Part shown: positions 13,101 to 25,190 of the stretch, one piece after another
How positions within the stretch are numbered: position 1 is the stretch's first letter
Layout of the letters: the number at the start of each line of letters is the position of its first letter
NCBI GenBank assembly: GCA_013265495.1
Contig: MU060965.1
Span: forward strand, 248,001 to 312,000
Origin: Vicugna vicugna
Lineage: Eukaryota
Direction: 5' to 3'
Length of the DNA stretch: 64,000 nucleotides
Position numbers and translations under genes: made by a program
The notes under the pieces: generated by a model
Told to the model about the DNA's origin: nothing
The model's database searches: none
What the model saw: only the letters and a program-made list of their open reading frames with translations

Positions 13101-13879
13101 TTTCTCAGCGCAGCCTGGAGAGGAAAGTGAGGGTGGAGGTGCTGTGGCCATGGCTGCGTTTGCTCACGTTGGCCAGAGAAGGTCGCCTGTGGCCCGTGAG
13201 CCCAGAGCTCGTGGCTCAGCAGGAGATGAGGAGTGTGAGACCTGCGGAAGAGCGCAGGGCCCAGAGGTCGGCCGCCGGCGGGGGCCAAGTGCCGCGGGGC
13301 ACCCGACACCCGGGGTAGGCGCCTGGCGTGGTGGGGGATCCCTCACAGCCGAGGGGCCTGCTTCTCCTTGGGCAGCTCCCCACAGCGCTCATCTCGGGCA
13401 GGTCCGTGGCCTGAGGATCGCGCTCAGGGCTGCCGCCTCCACTGGGGCTCGCGGCTGGCCCGGGTGGCGGGAGAGCGCGTCTACCACCTCATGATCCCGT
13501 GATGGGGAACAGGGCCTGCAGTGCCGGGTCTGCTCTGATCACCGGAGCCCCACCAGGCCTGGCCCAGCCCGAGAGCTGTCCTCTCCAGGTCGGCCGACTC
13601 CCAGCTGGGCGCCTTCAACCCCCCCGTCCTTCCTGCTGGAGGAAGAGATCTGGTCCTGGGAGGGAGCCTGGTGTCCCCTGGGAGCACCGCCCCCCTGCAG
13701 AGCTAACCCTGCGCTTTAATGAGCTCCCCGGGGCCCCTGCCCGTGGCAGCGCCCCCTTGTCACACTGTCCTTGTTCTCAGTAACCCCACCCCAGGCGGTG
13801 GGGTGGGGGCATCCTGAAGTCTGGCTGCCGAGAACCTGGGCGCACACGACCCCCACGCACACAGTCAGCGACGCTCAGG

Positions 13880-14620
13880 CTGTGCACGCGGGTCTTCAGC
13901 CGCGTTATACAGCTGCCCAGTGGCTGCTCCCAGCACGGCCAAGCGGAGGTATCCAGACCCGGGGTCCGGTGCTCCGGGGCTGCGCCTGCTCCCTCGCCCC
14001 CCGCAGCCCAGCTTAGTGGAGCCGGCGCTAAGCACGGGGCCCCTGCAGGGAGGGCCGGTACGGGCGACGGGGAGGGAGCGGCTGCAGCGGGAGCCCCGCC
14101 ACCGCCGGTCGCCACTGTTAACCGGCCGCAGGTGGAACAGACGAGCCAGCTGCGGACTCCGGTCTCCGGCCCGCAAACCTGAGACCCTGGAGGGAACACG
14201 GGTCTGCATGCACCCGGCGGGCGGCCCAAACCTGGAGCCCAGTGACCTCCCTTTGTGCGCCCAGCACGGGCGTTCCGGGAGGCAGGTCGCCGCCCCCTGA
14301 CGCGGCCGGCGGGCGACAGCATGACCTTAAGCCTCTTGTCCCTGCTGTCTCGGGACCTCTCCAAGCTGTGGCTGCGCCTGAAGACCTGTACAGGTGCGCA
14401 AGGGTCAGGGACCCTCGGGGGCCCAGCACTGTCCGGGGTCCAGTGTGGGCTGCGTGGCTGGGGTGGTGGGAGGGGGCCGCTGCCGGGTGGGCGTGCCGGG
14501 CATCCTGGGGGGCCGGCCCCTCCCTCCCCGCCAGGCCCATCCTTGTCCTCATCCTCATCCCCAGGGCCCCCGCCTGGAGCAAAGGGGCATTGTCGCCAGT
14601 GCACACGGGAGGCGTGAAGC
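13880..14620. promoter_or_regulatory. CpG island promoter around first exon B
   Basis: Very dense CpG/GC surrounding the ATG at 14321. Confidence 0.65.
14321..14393 (+). CDS. MCF2L: Alternative first coding exon B: MTLSLLSLLSRDLSKLWLRLKTCT
   Basis: ATG inside a CpG island. 73 nt, phase-1 donor CAG|gtgcgc gives G+AT=Asp with exon 2. Resembles a human MCF2L isoform N-terminus recalled as MTVRRLSLLCRDLWALWLLLKAGA. Confidence 0.85.
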
Positions 14621-17600
14621 TCGGCCAGGTCCTTTGTTTCAGCTCCTGGAGACGGCCTGGGGCGCCGTGGTGGGAGCCCTGAGCCCGGCAGGGGCTCTGT
14701 CAGGGTGGGACCCAACCTGAACTCGGGGAGCGCCGACCTGGGTGGTCACGCCCCTGGTGACCAAGGACAAAGAGCCCGGGCCCAGGAGCGGGTGGCCTGG
14801 GTTTCCTGATCGAGTTTTTAAGGATGAAAGGTGCTTGTTTTGAAGTGATTTGTCAAGAGTGCATTTTCCGGTGGATACTTCTGCCGAAGATGGATGCGTA
14901 ATTTGTTAAATAAGTATTTTGCAAATTTCAGTGAATGGGCCGCACCTCAGCTGTCGGCATCTGAAGGTCTCAGATTTAGAACAAAGACACCGGGTGTGTG
15001 AGGTGGCGGAGTGGGTGAGCCTCCCTGGCGAGGTCCGAGGACTCTGAAACCCAGAAGACGAGCACTTGGACGTGGTGGGAGGCCGGCAGCCCCACGGACA
15101 CGGGGCTGGATAGGTCCCTGAAGGACCGCCCCCCAGGACTCAGCCCGCGTTGGGACCCTGAGAAGTTTCGTCCGCGTAGCGCGTCCCGTGACGTCTTCTG
15201 GTGCCCTTCCCTCCTGGGAAGGCGAGGCTTTATGGCGGGGGCCCTCGGGTGGCCCTTCTCCATCACCTCAGACTCCGGAGGTTTCTGAACCGCAGGCTAG
15301 CTCTAGTTCTTAGCACTTCCCCTTAGAAATTGTGGGTGTTCTTCTAACGCGCGCTGTATTTTTTAAGATGAAGAGGCTCCTGAATAAACGTCCGGAGGGG
15401 CGGGTGTAGCTAAGGGCTGGAGGCTGTCCCCCATTCTCTGCAGACAGTTTGCTGTCTCCCCGCCGAAGCAGCGCTTGTCCGATTTCCCGGAGTTGCTGGT
15501 ACATTGATGGAAACCTCTCCTTCACTGGTTCTGTGGAGCAGGCACCTCCAAGCTGGGCCCTTCACCTGGCCGTGTGACTGGGTGCTGACTCCCGTGGCAC
15601 CTGCTGTTTACAGGGGAGTCGTGCTCCTCCGTCCTCACATCTGCTCAGGCTGCACGAGGCGGGGAGGGAAGGTTGGTACCGGCCCGCCCGGAGCTGGGCC
15701 CAGAGCAGACTGAGTAGACGAGAGTGACGCGGCGAGACCCCAGCCCCATCACGGTGCCCGAGGCGGCTGGAGCCCGCTGGGTGAGACGGCAGGGCTGGGC
15801 CACACTCCCAGACTCGGGTCGGGGTCTCCTGCCCCGCCACTGGGGACGTCAGCAAGGTCAGCGGGTGTGCAGGCCCTGCCACCGCCAAGCCCCGACCCCA
15901 GCTCCCTCTCCGTCGCCCCTCATTCCTCTCCTCTGCCTGTCTCTCTGTCTCTGTGTGTCCTTCTCTGTCTCGCTTCACGCCTCCCCGTCTCCTGTGTGTG
16001 CCTGGTCGTGGTGGGGCTCCGTGGTCAGGCTCCGGGGGGCAGCGTCTGCGAAGGGCCTGATCCCTGCTCTGCGCTGCGCCTCCCGCCTGCTGGGCAGCGA
16101 CCCGTCAGCTGGGCCACCGGGTGAGGCGCGGGCTGAGATGAGCCCCAGCGCCCCGGCCTCCTCTGCCCTGAGCGTCATCGTTCTGTTTGCTGGGGTGTGA
16201 CTGGGGAAGTGGATGCAGCGACTTGTCGGGTCTTAGATTTACAGCGTTCCTGGTACTCGGGAAACGGAATTAGACACGCACGTTCCCGGGCGAGGGGAGG
16301 GTTTGGAGAGCTTCTGGGGTTCCCGGAGCAGCTCTGGGTGTGCTGGCGCCGCGCTGGCCTCTCTGCGTGGCGCGTCCTGTGCGCTGCTTTCTGAGGGCAG
16401 GTCCAGCAGCCTCACTTGGGCACCGCCCTTCCCGGCTCTGCCCTCGGAGCAAGGAGGGAAGGAGGGAGGTAGACGTCCCGGATCTCTGTTGTTTTTAATG
16501 TTGGCAAGTGGTGGTTTTAGAACAAAGCTCTCGAAGATCTCCTTCATTTCCAAACAGCATAGGTTTGTGCATGTGTATGTCTGGTGAGTGTGAGCCACGT
16601 CCGCACGCACTGGGTGTGGCGTCAGTGTGTGGTGTGTACGTGTTGGTGTGTGTGAGACGTGGAAGCCACACCTGCTCCTTCCGTCAGCGGAGATGTTGAC
16701 ACCTGGGAAGGTGACATCGCGGAACGCGGGGGCTGGGCATGGGGTCTGTGGCTGTAGACGTGCTGCTGGGGGCTCGGCCACAGCCGGGAGAGGGGGTGCG
16801 CTGCTGCATGCGCTGCTCCGGGGCCAGCTCACCGGCGCCCCTGAAGCCCCAAAGGGGGCGCGTCTGGAGTGGGGCGGCCATGGTGTACTTTGAAGGGTGT
16901 GTATCGGACCCCAGAAGGGCGTCGAGTTCTTCCTGCTCCGCCCACCCGTCCTCCTCCGACTCAGCGCATCCTCCCGCAGAGGCCGCCCCTTCACCCTGAG
17001 GCGGAATCCCCAGTGGCGCCCTCCCCTGGACCCTGTCCTGACGCCTTGGGGGTGCGTCTCCAGCAGGAGAGGCTGCGAGGAGCCCCGCCCGGCCTGCAGG
17101 AAACACAAACTGCAGCATCACAGCTCCTGCCTAACTGGGCACCAGGGCTGGTCTCAGAGGAGGAGGGGCCCCAAGGGGGGGGTGCTGGGCGAGGGCAAAA
17201 CGGCCCAGCTTGGAAGGCCTGCTGTGGGCTGCCGCCCTGCTCAGGGGTCTGCTTTTTCCTGGGGACTTAAGCTGGTGGCCGTGTGTTAAGTGGCACCATC
17301 CACTCATCAGCCAGACCCCCTCAAACACAGGGTGGGCGCCCAGGACAAAGGCAGAGCATCTGAGACCAGGACCAAGCCTCAGGCCCTCGGTGGATGGTGG
17401 ACGTTCGGCCCGTGGGAGGAGCAGTGGGTGCCTGGCACCCAGGCTGGTTCATGCTCCGGCTCCTGCAGGTTTCCCAGCCCTGTTTCCCGCTTGCCCAGCC
17501 TCTGGGGGTTGCCGAGTGCCCCTCCTTAGATCGCGGACACAGGTAAGGGACTCCCCAGGCCGCGTGCAAGGAGGGTCCCGGGTTTGCTGCGGCCCCTCTG

Positions 17601-17764
17601 AGTCGGGAGGGGCCCAGCTTCTGCTCTGCAGTTGATCGGAGCTCTTCTCCACAGTCCAAGCCTCCCCCAAGTTAGAATGACCCCAGCGTCTTGCAGAGCC
17701 ACCTGGGGCTCATGACGCCCTGCCCCTCCCTTCTTTGTGCGGCTGGACCTGCAGTCACCTGTTG

Positions 17765-17900
17765 CTGCTGTGTGGCCTCAGGCAGGTTACTCGGCCTCTC
17801 TGTGCCGTAGTTTGCTCTTCCGGAGAATGGAATAATCACGTTCCCACCTTTTGGCCTGTTGTGACAACTTAACGCGTTAATACATAAAGCATACTTCGCA
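17765..17900 (+). mobile_element. MIR SINE fragment
   Basis: ctgtgtggcctcaggcaggttactcggcctctctgtgcc...aatggaataat...gttgtgac matches the MIR core. Confidence 0.75.
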
Positions 17901-20900
17901 AGAGTCGTGCTGCAACTGCTGTTTCTACCACAGACGGAAGATTTTCCGTGTGAACCTGTTGAACAGTGACGCGGTCACCCAGACAGCCTGCAGGTTGGAG
18001 ACGGTGTTTCACCCCCCGCGCGGCCCGCTGCGCTAGTGGGTTGCGGCGAGACGCTCAGGACGGACTTGCTTCCTCGACTGAGACCTCGGGGGCTTGTTGC
18101 TTCCACTTGAAGCTGTGCCTTTGGCTCCGCAGGCACTTTCGTTGGGGTTTCGCTTAAGGCTCTTCCTTTGCTTTGACGAGGACCAGCCAGAGCGGCCTTG
18201 TGCTCGGGGAAGTACGTCACCTGTGGCGCGGCTTCTGCCGGAGCCCGGAGACGCTGTGCACACCCTTCCCCCACGCCACACCGCGACCGGTCGTGTCTGG
18301 GAGGTGGTCTCAGAGCCTCCAAGACGAGGTTTTCCGTGGTGCTTCCCGAGTTTGTCTGACAGTGGGGCCCTTCTCTCCTTGGCCGAGGAGGGGGCTCTGC
18401 CAGAGGTGCAGAGAAGTGCGGTTCTGGAATCAGACCCCAGAGCGCCCCGCAGGGGAGCGGGGGCCCCCAGGGAAACGCGCCGGCCATGCTGGCGTGGGCC
18501 CGGTGGGCTGCGAGCACTGCTTACGTGCACCGCCCAGGCAGGCCTGCCATCTCCGCCTGCTTGCCGAGTTGCCTGGAGCCTGTGCTAAGGAGGATTCTGA
18601 GGCTCACTGGGGCTTCTGCCATCAGCAACGAGGCAGGTGTCCTCTAAGGCAGGTGTCTCCGCGCCCTGCTTCACCCTGGACCTGGCAGAGGGATGCACTT
18701 AACAGGATTCCTAAAGCTGTTTTTAAGAAGTTGTTTCCAGCTCAGAAACCATCAGGTGTGCGGTGTGCACATGTACAAGCTGGGGTGTGAAGTGTGCTAG
18801 AAGCTTCGTGTCCAGAGCCCCGTGCGGTGCCTGGCCTGGTGTGGGTGTGGACGGTGGGCCCCAAGGCCGGATGCTGACCTCTTCTCTGACCTCGGTAAAA
18901 TGGGTGTTGGTGAACGGGCCGATGGAAACCGTCCTCCTGGTGTCCCCGAGGGAGCCCTGGGCCTCTGCCGTCCGCCACGCTGGAGGATTCGTCCGCATCA
19001 GCGTCCCCCGGGCGGGCGGCCCTGGGAGCTCTGCGCCCGTCTGAGATTACCTGAGAGGGCATGGCTGGCAGGGCCGGACGGGGTGGAGACCCCAGCGTGT
19101 CCAGGCGAGGGTTCTGTGTCCGTTCTGCATCCGGAGGCCCCCCGCAGCCTGAGCTGCAGACACGCAGGCGGTGGGCTGCAGTCTGGGAGGTGCAGGCCTG
19201 GGGGCTCCCGGCCTCGCCTGCACAGGGAGCGCCGCTGCCGCCCCTGGGCTCCCCGTAGTTCTGCTCAGCTCTGTCCCAGCGCCCACGCGGGAGGCTCCCA
19301 CGGCTCAGCTCCGGCGTCCGGCTCCCCAAGCTCGGGCTGTGTGGCCGGTGCTTCCCCGAGGACGAGTTCTGTCGAGGGTCTTTTATACCAAGACTTTTGT
19401 TTTAAAATTTGTGGGGATTCGTTTTCTGAAATTAGGAAACCAGGGAGAACATCAGTGAACTGCGTGAGCGACGCGTCGTACGTGACGTGAAATGTCTGTG
19501 CTCAACCCGGAGCCCAGACTCACTGAAAACGCCCAGGATGGGCTGTGAGTGAGAAGCCAGCCCAGTCAGTGCAGATGTGCGCGGAGCCCCCCGCAGGTCA
19601 CGCACAGCCCCGGGGCGTCTCCCCTGCGCTGCCCGGCGCTCGGGGAGCTGCGCGTCCCAGCTGACTGAGGCTCAGAACGGAGCCTGTTCGGACCCCTCCG
19701 CCCCGCCCCGGGTTGGAGACACCTTTTTGTGGCTGTTCGTCCTCACACGCTCTGCCCTGGCTTGGGGATTCCTGGGAGGGGCCCCGGTGGAATAGGAATC
19801 CCGCCCAAGTGAGTGGGTGAAGTACCCCATGGGCTCTCCACCCTGGAGTCCGAAAGGGCGTCAGTGTTGTTTGTTGTGTGAAAATAAACCAAAGTGCTGG
19901 GTGTGGACTTCCAGCCAGACGGAAACAGGAAGGGAATCGTCTCGTGATGGACCTGGTGGGCTTTGGGGCCAGGGCCTCTCACCAGCTGCCCCCCTTCGTA
20001 GGACCCTTCTCGGGCTCCTGTCTCCCTCCGGCGAGCTCCAAGGTCACCAGCAAGGCAGGGACCAGCCTCCGAACCCGAATCCCAGGCTCCTGCTGGTGCT
20101 CGGGGCTCCCTGAGCCTGGCCTTTACCGCCGGTACGCGGACTTCCAGGGTCCTGCGCGCTCTGCGTGTGTTCTTTGTCTGAGGCGGTGCCGGCCGGCCAG
20201 GCTGAGGCTCAGAGGCCCTGCACGTGGGCAGGATGGGCCGGACGCTGCCCTCCCTGCATTACGGAATCCTCGTCCCGAGTAAAGCACACCCACGAGTCAG
20301 TTTGCGAGAGGGCATTTGCCGCCAGGCCCGACTGTGTGAGGACGAGAGGTGTGAAGCTAAAAGTGGCGCCCCCCCGCCCCGGATCTCAGGTTGCTGCCCA
20401 GACGAGGCAGGACTCAGGGTTTCTTCCCTTTTGTCCTCGGGTGGAACTGAGCCGGGTCCCAGAACGGCTGAGACGTCATCCCACTGACCTCACTGGAGAG
20501 CGGGGGTCTGCCCCTGCGGTGCTCCAGACAGAGCGGCCTTTCAGATGGGCTCCCAGCGCCGGCACGGGGGGCAGGTCAGCCTGTGACCCTGCAGGGCACA
20601 GACGGAAGGGCTGTCCTCTCCCCCGCGCCCCCCCGACCGGAGACCTTCCTAACCTCCCCAGCTCGCAGCGACCCTCTAATGGGGTAATTGCCCGGAGTCT
20701 CCGTTTACGTCTGGGCCGCAGGAATGTTTGGAGCGGGCGGTTGTCTGCGGGGCACTGTGCTCACACAGAGCGCTTCTGTGCAGGGGCCGGGCCTGCCTGA
20801 CCCTCACGCCGAGCAGGCGGGTGGGGCAACCCCACTTCCCGTCCGGACCCCTGTCGGAGGAGCGGCCGGACGCGCACACGGCACAGGTCAGGTCCCCCAC

Positions 20901-23429
20901 TTCCTCCTCAGCAAGCGGACACCGGTGGCTCAAATGCAGGATTAAATGGAGTGGACGGGGACCTTGGAAAACAGCACAGCACCAAGTGCAAACCTGCCCT
21001 GCCCTGGACCAGGAGCAAAGCCCGCGAGTCTGACGCGGCGGCTGCGCCTGCAGGGGCCGCATGACAAACAGCAGCACTCATGGTGCTCAGGGGCTGTCCT
21101 CACTGTTCTCAGCTCGGGGAGGGGCGGCCAGTGGGAAAAGTGATGAATTTTGGACAGTCCACTTGTAGGAATGCGTTCCATGCGCAGAGCAGCCCTATTT
21201 TACAATTTGATCTAAGGCACAATATGGGTTGAGTTCTGCCCCAGAAAACCCACGGGTGTTGGGTTCCAGGGCTTGGCTGCTGGTGGATGCATGGCCGTGG
21301 TCAGCAGTCGGTACCCGCAGAACCAGCAACACAGAGATTCCAAAACCAGCCTGTGTGCGCACCAGGACGAAGTTTGCTGGATTCTAATGGATGCTCTGGA
21401 GGGTCACCCTTTGCATCACTCATCGAACACGAGTTGTTTGAGCTCCTGCCCAGGGTTGGGACGGCTGTGGGGGGACGTGGGCCCCGTGGGGATGCAGGAT
21501 GCGCTGAGTCCCCTGCCAGTCTGGGAGGCGGAGGAGGGCCTCCCTGAGGATGCAGCATCTCGGCTGGGAATTGAGAGCAGACCTGCAAACTGAGATGGGA
21601 AGAGCGTCACTGAGGGTCAGCCTGTGCAAAGGCCCTGAGGTGGCCAGGGCCTCGGCCCATCGGGGAGCTCGAAGAGTGTGAGGACACCTGCCGCCCCGAG
21701 AGGAGGGTGGGTAAGGAGACTCCATGGACATCCCTCTGTGGAAGAAAATCCCATGGACAGTGGCACAGCTGGTCAGACTGTCACCCTGTCACAGAAAGCG
21801 CAGAGACAGTCAGTTGTATCAGCTCTGTCCCCAGGATGTGGGAAAGCCGTCTGCCATCCGGGAGAGAAGACAGCTGTGATGTCCGCGGTGAGCCTGGGGA
21901 CATGGGAGTGTGCTCGTGACAGGACGAGCCACCGGAAGTCCCTGCCACTCGGAGCCGCCAGAATCAGGTCTGAGAATCTCTGCAGATAGGCCATCAGCGG
22001 CCCTGAGACGTGTGGTCTCCTCTCCCCGGGAGCTGGTGGGCCTGGACGGCGGGAGGCCCTGCGTCCACGCTCGTCACTGGCGCTGGGTCCACACTCGCCG
22101 GGGGCTTGCCAGCCCACAGTGTGCATGCTGTTGTCCACTGCCCTGGGCATCTCCTCTCCAGACTTGAGGGCAACCCTGCTGCCCAAGGGTCCACGTCCAG
22201 GACACACGCATCCCAGGCTGGCAGAGGCTAGATTTGAGGAGGGGGCCCAGGTTCCACGGTCGACAGTGTGGTCATTCCCTGTGCTGAGAAAAGGAAAAGG
22301 CACCATCAAATCTCCAAGCACCGGCCACGTCCGCTGCCCCGACACACATCCACACGAATGAAGCGTGGACACCGAAAACCACCGCGTCCGGAATTTGAAA
22401 TAGCTCAAGTTCCCTTGGAGCGATTGTTTCCAACCCTGTTTTTCTCCCCCCTAGAAAGAGAAAGGCATGGCTGAGACATTTGCCACGCCCAGGAGGTGGC
22501 AGAGTCCTGGCGTCTGAGTTGGAGGCGCATGTGCTGCCGTTGTCCCGGACCCAGCACCCGCTGCCGCTCTGTCTGGGCGGCAGGCCCGGGGGCGCCAACC
22601 CAGTCACTTCCTTGTCAGCACCAGGCGAGTCCAAGGGCAGCCGGCCATGTGGTCGGCAGTTCCAGAAAAGATCGCCAGGGCCTGGGGGCCTGCCTGTGTG
22701 TTCCCTGTGTCACCTCTTTGCTTGTCTGCAAGACCAGGAGGGCCGGGTTTCCAACTGCCTCCACCGAGCCCCGGGGTCAGAGGTCTCTGGGACCTCAGTC
22801 TCCCGGCTGTTGGAGGCCAGGGTCTGAAGAGGGGCGGGGAAGGAGAGCTGACTTTCCAGCTGTTGGCAAGTCATCACCACCATCACGAATCTCTTTAGGG
22901 AACTGTGTTCATGTTCAAGGTTGCAAACGTCCCTGGTCCGGGCCGTACACCACGTGTGGCCAGCTGGGCATCAACTTAGAGACGCAGGGTCCCTGCAGCA
23001 CGTGGAGCAGGCCCAGCTCCGTGGCCCACCTGCCAGTGCCCTGGCACCTCATGCTCGACAGGGACACACGTCCCCTCGGCGTCGAGGTTCCCCTGGGAGT
23101 CACGCTGAGCCCTCCTGCTTCTAGTCAGTGCCTCCAGGCTGTGGCTGGAAGTACTGCCCGGTCACTCCCAGGCCCCGATCCAGAACCTGCGCCCGGTCAG
23201 TGCTGCGTCAGGACTGGGCTCAGCACCCTCCTCGGGGTCAGTGCCGGGCAGTGGGGAGGCATGAGTGTTGGACCCACTGCAGTGGCCAGGTTGCCCACTG
23301 CCAGACAACAGGGGAAGGCCCCAGGGTGGCCCGCCCACTTCTGGGACATGGGTGGACACTTGCAGACCAAAGGGGTCTGTTCTCCCTCAGTGCAGCTCTC
23401 TGACCGCTTGTGTTAGGGGTCGGCCCTCC

Positions 23430-23560
23430 GGGTGCGGCTGACTTGGGCGAGGTGCTGGCGCTGCCCCAAGCCCCGCCCCACTGCCCGGCGCCTCCCTCCT
23501 GCTGCCGGGCGCCGCTGCCCCTCCCTGGCTCTCCCCCGCCCCTCCCCCCACCTCCGACAC
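23430..23560. promoter_or_regulatory. GC-box cluster about 230 bp upstream of exon 2, possible proximal promoter
   Basis: ccccgcccc and ctcccccgccc motifs followed by an ATG and donor at 23663-23733. Confidence 0.35.
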
Positions 23561-23787
23561 ACACTTTTTAAATGTCGATGAGTCGCTCAGGACACAGTTT
23601 TTTGTGCCCTGAGAAACAAAGGTTTCTGCATGCTGGAAACTGACATTCCTTTTTCCTGACACATGACCACGGGTCCCCTTAGGTGTCTGCTACGGTGCGC
23701 GGCCGCGGGGGGCTGGCCCAGACTCGTGGCAGGTGAGGCGGTTTCCTGAGTGACAGCATGTGTCCATCTGCTCTGCTCTCCCCACAG

Positions 23788-23871
23788 ATGAAATCATGCA
23801 CCAGGACATCAGCCCGCTCTGCGCTGCGGACATCCAGGACCAGCTGCAGAAGTGCTTCGCTTACCTGTCTG
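23788..23871 (+). CDS. MCF2L: Exon 2 (D)EIMHQDISPLCAADIQDQLQKCFAYLS, start of Sec14 region
   Basis: cccacag|AT...CTG|gtgagt, 84 nt, phase 1/1. Confidence 0.96.
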
Positions 23872-24749
23872 GTGAGTGCGAAGCCCGGGCCGCGTGGCGG
23901 GGAGGGAGGGTCTGCTCCGCCGGGCTGGTGGCTCACCCCTGGCTGCATGGTGGGGGCTGGGGGCCAGCTGTGGTGCAGCCCGCTTTCCTCTGGACTGACG
24001 CCTGTGACGAGGGCGGCTCAGGGCGGCTGGTGGGCACAGGCCAGAGGTCAGTTGGGTCCCAAGGGGGATGCAGCCCTAGAGCTGCTGAGGCCTCCTGGAC
24101 GCCAGGGCTCCCTGGGGCAGGCGAGTAGGCACAGCTGCGGCACAGTCAGCCTCCGTGCAGTGTCCGGGGCCTGGGGTCTGGCTACTGTGGCTCCGTCCTC
24201 TGTGCCCCAGGTGCGGCTGACATGGGCGAGGTGCTGGCACTGCCCAGGAGCCTATGCTGGGGTCACTTCGTGTCCTGGTCATGATCCACCTGTTGCCCTC
24301 CCCTTGGGTCCAGGTCTTGCCGTCCTGTCCTGCCGGCCGAGGTGCACGACCCCAGCCACTGGACAGTGCCAGCTGCCCAAGTGCAGTGCCCTGGCGTGGT
24401 CGCTCCTCCATCGGGCAAGCCTGCCTGCCAGGGCTCCCTGCATGCCCCTTAGGGGTCCGGAGGATGATGGCCTCTAGCCAGCAGGTCAAGGTCCCTCCTG
24501 AGCCCTGAGAGCCGCCCCTGCACCCCGGGGCTCTCCCCACCGTCCCCCAGGAGCAGAACTGTGGTGTTGCTCTAGGGTTGAAGTGCCTCTCGAGGACCAA
24601 AGACTGGGAGCAGGAAGTGGAGACAGCGTCCTGGCCCTCTGGGTGGGGCGGCTGCCACGAGGGGTGCCGGCCTCACGGAGGAAGGACAGAGCGGGTGTCC
24701 TTCCGAGAAATGAGTCTCCCAGTGGGACGGGGTCGTGACCTCCACCTTC

Positions 24750-25190
24750 CTCCAAGTTGCCACGCCTGCCCTTGGTGTTACCGTGGTGACTTGTGGTGTC
24801 ACCACGTGGGAGGAGCCCCAGACACGCCTCCTCTGTTGTTCAGGTGCCGCCCAGGCACTCGGGGAGGGGTTTTGCGCAAGTAACTGAGGCCCCAGCGAGC
24901 TGCTGTGAGCTGGGGGCCTGACGAAGCGCTGGGCCCTCGGAGGCACCGAGGGTTCCAAGGATGAGGGTCTTGATGTGCCCGAGGTTCCCTGCCACCAGCC
25001 GGAGGATGGGGCCGCCTGGAGGGACGTGGACGCCCTGGGGGCCGAGAGCGAACTCAGCCCCACCACCCAGGGAGCCGGATGTCGGGGCACCGCCGAGCCG
25101 GCCGCCCCTTCTGACCCCAGACCGCGAGCTGACGTGGGGTGCTGCTCACGTCGCCTAGTTTGGGAGCCCGTGACGACGCATCTTGAGCTT
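24750..25190 (+). mobile_element. Degenerate MaLR (MLT1-like) LTR
   Basis: 3' part ...cttctgaccccagaccgcgagctgacgtggggtgctgctcacgtcgcctagtttggg resembles an MLT1 LTR end. Boundaries are approximate. Confidence 0.35.
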
